Shown piece after piece: positions 1 to 8,783 of a stretch of 64,000 bases of DNA. The notes beneath the pieces were generated by a model. The model saw nothing but the letters and a program-made list of their open reading frames with translations. It was not told where the DNA came from and made no database searches. Position 1 is the first letter of the stretch; each line of letters opens with the position of its first letter. The DNA lies in contig CBDUKN010000006.1 in assembly GCA_965367815.1 (NCBI GenBank), forward strand, positions 41,391 to 105,390, in the 5' to 3' direction. The stretch is from an uncultured Thermoprotei archaeon. Lineage in GTDB: Archaea; Thermoproteota; Thermoprotei; Thermofilales; B15-G2. The translations under genes were made by a program, and so were the position numbers.

Positions 1-890
1 AAGCTTCTTTCTAAAGCAGATCGAGCTTTATCGGCTATCTTCTTGTCTACAGCTACTACATATTTTTCTTCAAGCAAGGCTCGAAGAATTTTCTCTAAAG
101 TTATTTTCTTCATGTCCTCGCATACTGCTTCAAGTGTAGCTGGATAAGCTTTCTTCGAAGGATACTCTTTCCTTATTTTATGTAGCAGGCCTACTTCTGT
201 TCCAATAACGTACTCTTCTGCATTTAGAGATCCTACTGCTCTAACCATTTGGCTTGTGCTTCCAATAAAGTCTGCCAGCTTCCTTACTTCTGATGTGCAC
301 TCGGGGTGAACAAGTATTTTTGCTCGAGGATATTTTTCTTTAGCCGCTTTAATGCAGTCGACTGTTATCTTCATGTGAACTGGACAATGGCTATCAGGTG
401 GAATAGGAATAACTGTTTTCCCTGTCTGCTCAGCTACGTATGACGCGAGATTTCTATCAGGTCCGAAGAGAACTGCTTCTGCATCTAGCTGAGAAACTAT
501 CTTAACGGCGCTGCTGCTCGTTACAACGTAGTCTGCTTTAGCTTTAACAGAAGCCAGCGAATTGACGTAGACTACGAGAGGTGCTTTAGGGTGTTTTCTG
601 CGGTAGTAGTCTACTATTTCGGGTGTAAGCTGGTGTGCTAGAGGACAGGTAGATTCTTTCTCAGGATGCAGCACTTTTTTCTCGGGATTCAGTATAGCTG
701 CCTGCTCTGCCATAAAGTCTACTCCGGCGAAAACTATTACTTTAGCTTCAGTCTTCATGGCTTTAATAGAAAGCTCCAAGCTATCGCCGGCAAAATCGGC
801 TATGTCTTGTACTTCAGGCCTCTGATAATTATGGGCCAGTATAACCGCGTTCTTTTCACTCAACAAACGCTTGATTTTATCCTCTAACAC
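1..890 (-). CDS. nadA: Quinolinate synthase A (3' end runs off window)
   Basis: Manual translation from GTG at 890: MLEDKIKRLLSEKNAVILAHNYQRPEVQDIADFAGDSLEL...VDFMAE...CPLA...YVNS...HCPVH...VHPEC...GSTSQM...CEDMK. These are the NadA motifs with three Fe-S cysteines. Missing from ORF track because there is no stop in the window. Confidence 0.93.
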   Translation of the reverse strand, partial: MLEDKIKRLLSEKNAVILAHNYQRPEVQDIADFAGDSLELSIKAMKTEAKVIVFAGVDFMAEQAAILNPEKKVLHPEKESTCPLAHQLTPEIVDYYRRKHPKAPLVVYVNSLASVKAKADYVVTSSSAVKIVSQLDAEAVLFGPDRNLASYVAEQTGKTVIPIPPDSHCPVHMKITVDCIKAAKEKYPRAKILVHPECTSEVRKLADFIGSTSQMVRAVGSLNAEEYVIGTEVGLLHKIRKEYPSKKAYPATLEAVCEDMKKITLEKILRALLEEKYVVAVDKKIADKARSALERS

Positions 891-936
891 ACTAATCCTG
901 TTTTACGATGAAGACTAATATATAAGAGGAGTTTTA

Positions 937-987
937 CTGGCAAATTTTGCCGGAAACACGAAGTCTTCTTCGGCAACTTTCGCCGAA
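937..987. promoter_or_regulatory. Two related imperfect palindromes upstream of the nadA TATA box (candidate operator pair)
   Basis: GGCAAATTTTGCC (939-951) and GGCAACTTTCGCC (972-984), 33 bp apart; minus-strand TATA-like CTTATATA at ~919-926. Confidence 0.45.
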
Positions 988-1006
988 CCAGTATTCTTCC
1001 ACTACA

Positions 1007-2122
1007 TTAGTAGCAGAAACAGTGCAAGAATATTAGCAGAGTATTTTCAGCCATATTGAATACTTTAATCAGTTTGCCGCGTCTTTTCTTTAAAACACTT
1101 AGTTTTCTAGCTAATATTGATGAAACTACCGTTATCGCCAATAGAGGAGCCACGAAAATAGCATTATATAATAGCAGCAGTAAAGGCAAAGCTTCACTTA
1201 AAGGATATTTTCCGATGTAGTATAGCGCTATCAAGTAGGGTCCAGCACTGCATGGTAAAAAGAGATGTACTAACTGTTGCTCCAAGAGCAAAAGCTAAAG
1301 GAATACTTGCGGATTTTTCGGTGAAACGCGATAGCTTCTCTCTAATAGATTTGGGAAGAATATTGTAGCGCTTTCCTTTCGCCATCTTAACTAGTGAATA
1401 CAAGCCTACCGCTAAAGCAGATCCTCCAATAAAATATTTCACTACTTCATATTGGCCGATAATTTTCACTAAGTTAAGTCCTGTAAGGAGATAAATGATA
1501 CACACTGCTGTAATAAACGAGAAGTCGGCTAAAAACATGCGATGTCTGCCTGCTACATGAAAAACAATTAAGAGAAGACTGTGAAAACAGCAAAAGTACA
1601 GGGATTAATTGAGTCTACTAGAGCACAAGCAATTATTACAGGTAAAACAGGCCTATAGCTTTGCGACCTATTTTCTAGTACTACATGAGGATTCTTGAAT
1701 ATTTCTTCTACTTCCCTTACTTTACTCTCGTCAACAATTCTTTGCCCCTCATGCACAATAAGCACTCCTTTACTAGGAACATTCTTAAACAATGATTTTA
1801 AGTAGTTTAAATCATATGAACCAACTATAACCATCTTAAGCTTTCCGCCAATAAATACTCCTGATAAAGGAATAGGTTTAAGAGAGGAATTCGGGAAGAG
1901 AATCTCGTATATAGTGCGGTAAGCCTTCAAGTAGACTTTACTCTCATAAATATCGTAGAAAACAATACTGTCTTCTCCTACTAGCTTAGCCATTTTCTTC
2001 TTAAAATCACTACAGGCATGGCAGCTGGCCGTACCGAAAACATATATATGTATAGGCTCGGCAAAACATACTGCTAGAAAAATTGAGCAGAGCAAAACAT
2101 GTAACAAAAGATGCTTCTTCAA
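1007..2122 (-). pseudogene. Glutaredoxin/thioredoxin-CcdA (DsbD-like) fusion, split by two frameshifts
   Basis: Signal peptide + CHAC redox motif + DSINPC (1568..2122); TM segment (1194..1538); LPCSAGPY (1007..1291). The three frames join across indels at ~1570 and ~1260. Confidence 0.75.
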
Positions 2123-2281
2123 GCTCCTACCTCCTTAAGTATTCAATAAAACGCATAATAAAATCTATGCACTCAGAGAAGCTTGCTTCACACAAAATTT
2201 CAAGCGACTGTATTGCAAAGTAATTACTTTATTTAAAGTAGCATAAAGTTTATCACATAAACTATTCTGCTTATATTAGAG

Positions 2282-3370
2282 ATGATTGAAGAACATGAAA
2301 TACGTAAACTGGGACTAGTTTCTTTTTCAGAGGACTTAGACATAGTTTCTGTTTTTACTAGACTAGCTAAGCTTAGCGGGTTTAGTGTAGAGCTTCTTGA
2401 AGCAAAAGAATTGAGTTCGCTAAGTGATGTAGATGCTTTAGTAGTTATAGGTACTGATAGAGATTTATTGGATGTTTTACAGATGCTCGGAGAGGGAGTT
2501 AAACCTATTCTTGGTATAAGTCCTCCAGAGTATGTTAGTTTTCTTATGCCCGTGTCTTTTAATGAGATTGATAGATGTTTATCTGCTTTAGCTAAGAAAC
2601 AGTATAAGATAGTAAAATACACTAGGATTAAAGGCAAAGTTGATCGAAAGGAAATAGTGTATGCTTTAAACGAAATAGCTATTTTCTCTTCTAAAAGCGC
2701 TACTCTAATAGAATATGAGTTGCTCGTTGACGGTGAGCATGTATGGCGTGACCGCTCAGATGGTGTAATAGTTGCTACGCCCGTAGGCTCTACTGCTTAT
2801 GCTTTTTCAGCCGGAGGCCCGGTAATAATGGAGAATACGCCTGTATTAGAGATAGTGCCTGTGAATAGTCTTGATCCTCTTAAGAAGCCTCTAGTAGTTA
2901 AAAATACTTCTAAAATAGTTATTAGGGATATTTCTAGCAGGTATCCTTGTGAAGTAATAGCTGATGGCTGTAAAAGAATTAGAGTAAAAAAGAGAATTGA
3001 GATAACGAAAGCAAAGACACCTGTTCCTGTGATTAAGATAACTGCTGCCTCGATAACTAAAGAGAGTCTTGAGAAAAAGTATGCTCTTATTAAGGAGATA
3101 CAAGAGATTCCGCCTAGCGCTAAATATGTTCTAAAGGTACTTGAAGCTGAAGGCCCCTTGTCTGTTAAAGAAATCGCTGAGAAAACTTTGCTTTCGCCTC
3201 GAACAGTAAGGTATTCTTTGACGCTTTTGGTTAAAAGAGGGCTTGTAAAGAAGTTGGTTAATTTGAGGGATACTCGTCAAACATACTATGAGGCTGTTAC
3301 GTCGCCTTGGAAAAATGAAGTTAAGTCTATTAGAGAGAAATTAGAGCACTTTAAGCTTAATTCCCGTTAG
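2282..3370 (+). CDS. NAD kinase-family protein fused to a C-terminal winged HTH
   Basis: ALNE and DGVIVATPVGSTAYAFSAGGP motifs; GGDGT replaced by GTDRD; C-terminal PPSAKYVLKVLEAEGPLSVKEIAEKTLLSPRTVRYSL wHTH. Confidence 0.85.
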   Translation: MIEEHEIRKLGLVSFSEDLDIVSVFTRLAKLSGFSVELLEAKELSSLSDVDALVVIGTDRDLLDVLQMLGEGVKPILGISPPEYVSFLMPVSFNEIDRCLSALAKKQYKIVKYTRIKGKVDRKEIVYALNEIAIFSSKSATLIEYELLVDGEHVWRDRSDGVIVATPVGSTAYAFSAGGPVIMENTPVLEIVPVNSLDPLKKPLVVKNTSKIVIRDISSRYPCEVIADGCKRIRVKKRIEITKAKTPVPVIKITAASITKESLEKKYALIKEIQEIPPSAKYVLKVLEAEGPLSVKEIAEKTLLSPRTVRYSLTLLVKRGLVKKLVNLRDTRQTYYEAVTSPWKNEVKSIREKLEHFKLNSR

Positions 3371-4687
3371 CTTCGAGAATAGTTCTAATTCTCTAGTGTA
3401 GTCGCCGTAGACCATCGCGTGGTGGAACGCATAAGCGTTGTCCGCTATTTCTCTAGCATTTCTAACTTTTATCCAGGCGGAGAACCTGCAGTGAATAGTA
3501 TCTTCTACTCTCATTATTTTTCCTTTAATAGCGATCATTTCGCTTAAATCTGGACTTATTCTCAGCAAAGTCACATCAGTGCCTGTTTTCAGCGGAACAT
3601 ACGCTGTTGCGCCTTTACCCATGTTATGGTAGTCTTCGAGAATCCACTTGTCTTCAATACCCATGGTTAACGGAATTACGTCATGTGTAAGCCTCACAAC
3701 ATTAGTTCTTAAGCTTTCCTCAATATCTTTGATTTTTGTCTCAGAGGGAGGAAATCCAGGCCCAGGCCAGGGTCTGAATAGATATATGTTTCCCATGAGC
3801 ACTGGGCTTCTTGAAATAAAGCTCAGTATCATCATAGAGAGAGCGACATTTATGTCTGCTTCACAGCCAGCTACAATGCCCTCGTCTATGAGCTTAGCTA
3901 ACGCGATACACGGTGGGACAAATTTCTTGCCGAAAAGGTCTTCAAGGCAGTTTATTGTAAAAGCATTTGCTTTCTTTTCTTCGAGAATATCTTTAATCGC
4001 TAAATAGAGTTTAGCTACTTCTTCGAGTACTTCTCTATTAAAGTTAGTGAAGAGACCTTGCCACCCAGCAAGAGTTTTCTCTAAGTGCTCTGCGTCGACT
4101 TGCTCTGCTTTCTCCAGTAGATAGTCTATCGGAATGCTTTCGACTATTACTCCTAGCTTTCTTTCTATTTCTTCAAGACACCACTGGGAAGCAACATTTG
4201 GTGCAGGTATTTTTCCGAAAACTATTAGCTTACTTACTTTAAGCGCGTTAACTGCCGAAATTACTTTAGCTACGCGCTTATGTTCCTCGGGCCCTATAGG
4301 TGTAATTACTTCGACTCCCCAGTGTCTAAGAAAACCTCTAATATCCCACGAGGCTGCATGACAGTAGCCTCGTTCATCCCATATTATAACCGGTAATTTC
4401 AGCCAAGAAAGTCTTCGGTAAATATATCTTCTGCCGTGGGCTTTGAGAACAACTGCGTCTACTTTTCTGTCAATAATAAAGGGAAGAAATCTAGCTTCAT
4501 ACTCAGAAGTAACTACTATTGGTTCGAGTACTTCTTCGTCTTTATAGACTTTTTTAAGTTCATTTAAGAAGTCTTTCTTCAGCTTTTCTGCTCTCTCTTT
4601 ACTTAAGCCTATATCGAAGACTACAGGCTGAAGTACTGCACGTATTCCATAAAATCCTTTACCCAAGTCTACTTTCATTATTATCAT
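3341..4687 (-). CDS. L-fucose/L-arabinose isomerase-like protein
   Basis: INC...PPCIALAKLIDEGIVAGCEAD and C-terminal CR...HHAMVYGD motifs. Confidence 0.75.
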   Translation of the reverse strand: MIIMKVDLGKGFYGIRAVLQPVVFDIGLSKERAEKLKKDFLNELKKVYKDEEVLEPIVVTSEYEARFLPFIIDRKVDAVVLKAHGRRYIYRRLSWLKLPVIIWDERGYCHAASWDIRGFLRHWGVEVITPIGPEEHKRVAKVISAVNALKVSKLIVFGKIPAPNVASQWCLEEIERKLGVIVESIPIDYLLEKAEQVDAEHLEKTLAGWQGLFTNFNREVLEEVAKLYLAIKDILEEKKANAFTINCLEDLFGKKFVPPCIALAKLIDEGIVAGCEADINVALSMMILSFISRSPVLMGNIYLFRPWPGPGFPPSETKIKDIEESLRTNVVRLTHDVIPLTMGIEDKWILEDYHNMGKGATAYVPLKTGTDVTLLRISPDLSEMIAIKGKIMRVEDTIHCRFSAWIKVRNAREIADNAYAFHHAMVYGDYTRELELFSKLTGIKLKVL

Positions 4688-4733
4688 AGATTATATTCTC
4701 TGAAAGTATATAGCACTAAGTACGTCAACTGCT

Positions 4734-4757
4734 TAAGTCAGCGAAACAGCTGACTTA
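4734..4757. other. 9-bp inverted repeat (terminator- or operator-like)
   Basis: TAAGTCAGC-GAAACA-GCTGACTTA, immediately after the ABC ATPase stop and upstream of the isomerase gene. Confidence 0.4.
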
Positions 4758-4760
4758 GTA

Positions 4761-5558
4761 TTAGGCGTGAAAATCGCAGATGTGTATATGGTTGTGCATA
4801 AGTATTGCTGCCTCTCCATAAATTTCTTTCATCTCCTCTATTCTCAAGAGTTCTTCCGGCTTTCCTATTTTGAAAACTTTTCTATTCAATAAGATAATAG
4901 TATTCGTGTAAGATAGAAGTAATTCAGGGTCATGGCATGTAGATATCACTAGTTTTCTTTTACTGAGCTCAGCGATTACCTGCACTAAATCTATTCTACC
5001 AGCAGGGTCTACCGCGGAAAACGGCTCATCCATTACTAGAATAGGTGGATCGTGGACTAGTGCTCTAGCAATAAGTACTCTCTGTCTTTGCCCCCCTGAT
5101 AAATGCCATATATTTTCTTTCCAGAATTCTCTAGGTAAACCTACTGTAGTTAAAGCTTCTTCTACTCTTCTTCTGTCTTCTATTCTTGTGAATAGTCTAG
5201 GCCACTTCTTTTTGTGCATAAGTAGGCTTGATTCAACTAACTCCCATGCAGTAATAGGGTATTTCGAAAACTCTGCGATAGCGAGCTGGGGAACATATCC
5301 TACAAATAGTCCGGCTTTTTCAGGTCGCCCTGTTACATCAACTCCATTTATTACTACTCGTCCCTGCATAGGCTGTATTAGCCCGAGAATAGCTTTAAGC
5401 AAAGTTGTTTTACCTGCACCATTAGGTCCTAAAATCTGTACTAGGGCTGGCCCCTTTATCTTGAAACTGATATTCTCTATAATTACTTCATCTCCATAGC
5501 CTGCTGTCAAGTTTTCTACAGCTATTTCTTGTGTTCTGGAAAAAATCTCCTTGTGCAT
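4761..5558 (-). CDS. Zn/Mn ABC transporter ATP-binding subunit (ZnuC-like)
   Basis: GPNGAGKT, YVPQ, LSGGQRQR, DEP; His-rich C-terminus. Start likely ATG 5558 rather than 5615. Confidence 0.9.
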   Translation of the reverse strand: MHKEIFSRTQEIAVENLTAGYGDEVIIENISFKIKGPALVQILGPNGAGKTTLLKAILGLIQPMQGRVVINGVDVTGRPEKAGLFVGYVPQLAIAEFSKYPITAWELVESSLLMHKKKWPRLFTRIEDRRRVEEALTTVGLPREFWKENIWHLSGGQRQRVLIARALVHDPPILVMDEPFSAVDPAGRIDLVQVIAELSKRKLVISTCHDPELLLSYTNTIILLNRKVFKIGKPEELLRIEEMKEIYGEAAILMHNHIHICDFHA

Positions 5559-5614
5559 ACTTTCCGTAAGCTTTATTAGCGACTGTGCACATATAAGCTT
5601 AACGGTGGTGATCA

Positions 5615-6583
5615 TTGAGGCTTACTGTTTTCATATTCTTGGCTATACTCTTCACCTCGCTAGCAGTAGCTCAGCCTAGAAAACTTATTATTGTAGCTAC
5701 TTTTCCTAACTTAGTTAAAGACATTAAGCTGGTTGCCTGTAGTGAAGAAGTAGTTTCCTTAGTACCTGCTGGAGCTGACCCCCATGAATACCAGCTTACT
5801 TCAAGAGATTTAGATTTAGTTAAAAGAGCAAATCTCATAGTCTCTACTGCACACACATCATTTGAAATAGATTTAAGGAAAAAAGTTGAGCAAAAAGAGT
5901 TCAAAGCGGTTTTAATCGAGCTTACTAAAATTCCCGGCATAGTTATTTTAAATAATCCTGCGCTGAACCAGCCTAATTACCATATGCCGATATATGATCC
6001 AGGTAACTACAAGCTTTTTATAAAATACTTGGCACTTAAGCTAGCTGAAATAAATCCTCTTGAAGCTGAAATATACTTAAATAGAGCTGAGAGCGTAGCT
6101 AGGAAAATAGATTCTATAGTGAATTCTACTCCTAAACTTAATGTTGTTGCCGCAGCAGACTATCCTTTTACACAGTATGCTGTTTCTTGGCTAGGCATTG
6201 AAATAAAGTATCTTGTAGTGAAAGAAGCCGGTGTATCGGCTACGCCGAGCGATATAGAGAAGCTCAAGGAAGCTTTAGCTAAAAAGGAAGTAAAAATAGT
6301 TGTTGTGGCTGAGCCTGTAGAGCTTCCTGCATCAAAGCTCTTGAAGTCTCTTGCCGAGAAATATGAAGTTCCCGTGCTCTATATTCCATTGCCTTTCTCT
6401 AAAGGAAGTATTTTAAGTAAACTTGAATATATTTCTTCTCAAGCCAAGTCTATTAAACTTCAGCTCGGTGAAAAAGGAGCTTTGCTTAATGAGAAATCGC
6501 CCTTCCTAGAAATTGCCGCAGGTATACTCTCTCTACTGATTATAGTGGAGCTCTACTTCTATTACTGGAGGGTGAAAGAATGA
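5615..6583 (+). CDS. Zn/Mn ABC substrate-binding protein (ZnuA/TroA family) with C-terminal membrane anchor
   Basis: Signal peptide, GADPHEY motif, C-terminal TM helix. Confidence 0.88.
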   Translation: MRLTVFIFLAILFTSLAVAQPRKLIIVATFPNLVKDIKLVACSEEVVSLVPAGADPHEYQLTSRDLDLVKRANLIVSTAHTSFEIDLRKKVEQKEFKAVLIELTKIPGIVILNNPALNQPNYHMPIYDPGNYKLFIKYLALKLAEINPLEAEIYLNRAESVARKIDSIVNSTPKLNVVAAADYPFTQYAVSWLGIEIKYLVVKEAGVSATPSDIEKLKEALAKKEVKIVVVAEPVELPASKLLKSLAEKYEVPVLYIPLPFSKGSILSKLEYISSQAKSIKLQLGEKGALLNEKSPFLEIAAGILSLLIIVELYFYYWRVKE

Positions 6584-7455
6584 TATTTAAAAAGATTTTA
6601 GTTACAGCTCTTGTCCTCACGCTAATCGTTGAGGCTATTATTTTAGCTGAGATAAGTGAATTAAAATGGGTTTTAGTGCTTATGGCCGCCGCTACTGCCT
6701 ATGGCTTCTTAAGCTCTATTATAGCTGCTAGGCGTTTATATTTCTTGGCTAGTGCTTCGCCTCACTCAGCTCTGCTCGCTGTTGTTTTAGCTATTCCTTT
6801 GGCTAGAGTACTGGGCTTCGGGGACGAGTATTTCTGGGCAGTAATAATAGGCACATGCTTGGTATACACAATAGGGTATGCTATACACAGAGGTATAGAC
6901 CCTGATACTGCTACAGCTACATTTGTTGCTTTTACAGCGTCTCTCAGCGTAGTTGCTATATACTTTGTTTTAACCAGTTTTCCCGTTGAGACAAATATTA
7001 TGGACATTATTATAGGAGACCCTCTTTTAGCTGAATGGAGCGATGCTTTTTACGCGACTGCTGTTGCTACTATTACTGCCTTATCTGTACTTATAACTTA
7101 TCGTGAGCAAATATGCCTTGGTATTGATAGAGACTCTGTGAGACTTTCGGGTATCAGAACTGCTTTCTACGACGCTTTAGTATTCACGCTACTTGCTTTA
7201 GCTACAGTGGCTTTAATTAAAATAGTCGGCTTCGTACTAGAACATGTTTTACTGCTTTTGCCTGCCGCAATAAGCTCTACTACAGCTGTTAGCTCTAGAG
7301 AATCAGTATTCATTAGTGTTGTGTCAAGTATCGCGGCAAGCCTCGTAGGGCTCTACTTCTCGATAATAGCTAACTTGTCTCCGGCCGGCGTAACCGGACT
7401 TGTGCTCATGGTCATATATGTCTTAGCACTAGTTGCTAGAAGGAAGAGAGGCTGA
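6580..7455 (+). CDS. Zn/Mn ABC permease (ZnuB-like)
   Basis: Multi-TM, PHSAL motif, GDPLL, VGFVLEHVLLLLPA; overlaps the SBP gene. Confidence 0.88.
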   Translation: MIFKKILVTALVLTLIVEAIILAEISELKWVLVLMAAATAYGFLSSIIAARRLYFLASASPHSALLAVVLAIPLARVLGFGDEYFWAVIIGTCLVYTIGYAIHRGIDPDTATATFVAFTASLSVVAIYFVLTSFPVETNIMDIIIGDPLLAEWSDAFYATAVATITALSVLITYREQICLGIDRDSVRLSGIRTAFYDALVFTLLALATVALIKIVGFVLEHVLLLLPAAISSTTAVSSRESVFISVVSSIAASLVGLYFSIIANLSPAGVTGLVLMVIYVLALVARRKRG

Positions 7456-7460
7456 TTAAA

Positions 7461-7853
7461 ATGAAGCGAAGATTCGGAGTATCTATACCTAAGGACCTCG
7501 CAGATAGACTAGATTTGCTCGCCAAGGCTCTTGAAACAGACCGCTCTAGTCTTATCGAAGCCGCTGTGAGAGAATATATACATGACCATATGCACTACTT
7601 AGTGCCCCACGACTGTACAGGCATAATGGTGCTTTACGGTGCCTGCAGAAAAGAAGACTGGTTCGATATAATAGACCGCTACATGGACATAGTAGTCTCC
7701 TACAACCATATACATAGAAAAAACATATGCATAGAAGTGCTAATAGTGTCGGGTCCCTCAAAGAAAATAGCTAGTCTACATAAAGAACTAGTAGAATCAG
7801 GAATAAAAGCAAGATATCTTCCAATATTCTACTGTGTCAGCGAGAGGTCTTAG
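7461..7853 (+). CDS. NikR-like ribbon-helix-helix metal-responsive regulator
   Basis: MKRRFGVSIP...DRSSLI RHH plus C-terminal HIH...CIEV metal-binding domain. Confidence 0.8.
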   Translation: MKRRFGVSIPKDLADRLDLLAKALETDRSSLIEAAVREYIHDHMHYLVPHDCTGIMVLYGACRKEDWFDIIDRYMDIVVSYNHIHRKNICIEVLIVSGPSKKIASLHKELVESGIKARYLPIFYCVSERS

Positions 7854-8724
7854 CAGGCTCGGTTCTGTGAGGTAGTTTAGGTACATAGGGATAAGGCACG
7901 TACTCTACGCCAGGCCTAACAGGCATTGCTTGTGGATACAGCTTCATGAGCTCATAGACTTCAGGAGGTATTTCTGTCTTAACATGCAGTCCCAGTTCCT
8001 TAGCTTTCTCTGCAGTAATAGGATAGTCGTGAGTCCACTTTCCTTCAGTTAAAATCTTCGCCAGCTCTCTAGCTTTTTCTTCACCGTATTTATCTTTAGT
8101 TAACTCGACTATAAGCTCCTGCATTTGCTTAATTGCTTTCTCAGCAATATCTGCGAAGAGCAGTGTTTCATCAGATACTTTATCGACGCCCTTTTCTGAC
8201 ACTACTCTGAGTATAGATGGAGCTGGCACAGCTAAGCCGGGCTTAATTGACAACTGCGGGTCAAGTGGCCCCAGTACAGCATGAGGATCCATCCATATTT
8301 CGTCGGCAGCTAAAGCAATCAACGTGCCTCCGCTCATCGCATAGTGAGGTACAATTACAACCTTTTTAGCCGGATGATTTTTTAGTGCCTGAGCTATTTG
8401 AGCAGCCGCTAATACAAGTCCTCCTGGCGTATGCAAAATAAGTGCTATAGGCATGTCAGGCGGAGTACCGCGTATAGCTCTAAGTACTTCCTCTGAATCC
8501 TCTATGTCTATAAATCTATAGAGAGGTATTCCAAGGAAACTTATTCTCTCTTGGCGATGAATAAGTGTAATAAAGCGCATTTTGTATTTTTCTTCAAGCC
8601 TGCGCAGCATCGATAGTCTTAGGCTAAGTATGTGCCTATATCTCATTTGAGGCTCAAGCAGTATTATGAATAAGAGTAGCCAGAAAAGTAGTCCTATTAT
8701 ATCTATCATATAGTATATACTCAT
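7837..8724 (-). CDS. SDH-family ClpP-fold serine protease (DUF114-like)
   Basis: LHTPGG, AMSGGTLIALAADEI, LGPLDPQ, WTHDYPI. Confidence 0.9.
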   Translation of the reverse strand: MSIYYMIDIIGLLFWLLLFIILLEPQMRYRHILSLRLSMLRRLEEKYKMRFITLIHRQERISFLGIPLYRFIDIEDSEEVLRAIRGTPPDMPIALILHTPGGLVLAAAQIAQALKNHPAKKVVIVPHYAMSGGTLIALAADEIWMDPHAVLGPLDPQLSIKPGLAVPAPSILRVVSEKGVDKVSDETLLFADIAEKAIKQMQELIVELTKDKYGEEKARELAKILTEGKWTHDYPITAEKAKELGLHVKTEIPPEVYELMKLYPQAMPVRPGVEYVPYPYVPKLPHRTEPAKTSR

Positions 8725-8783
8725 TAAGCAGAATATATAAGTTTAGAACATACTCATATATTCTTACCCAGCGAAAATTATTC

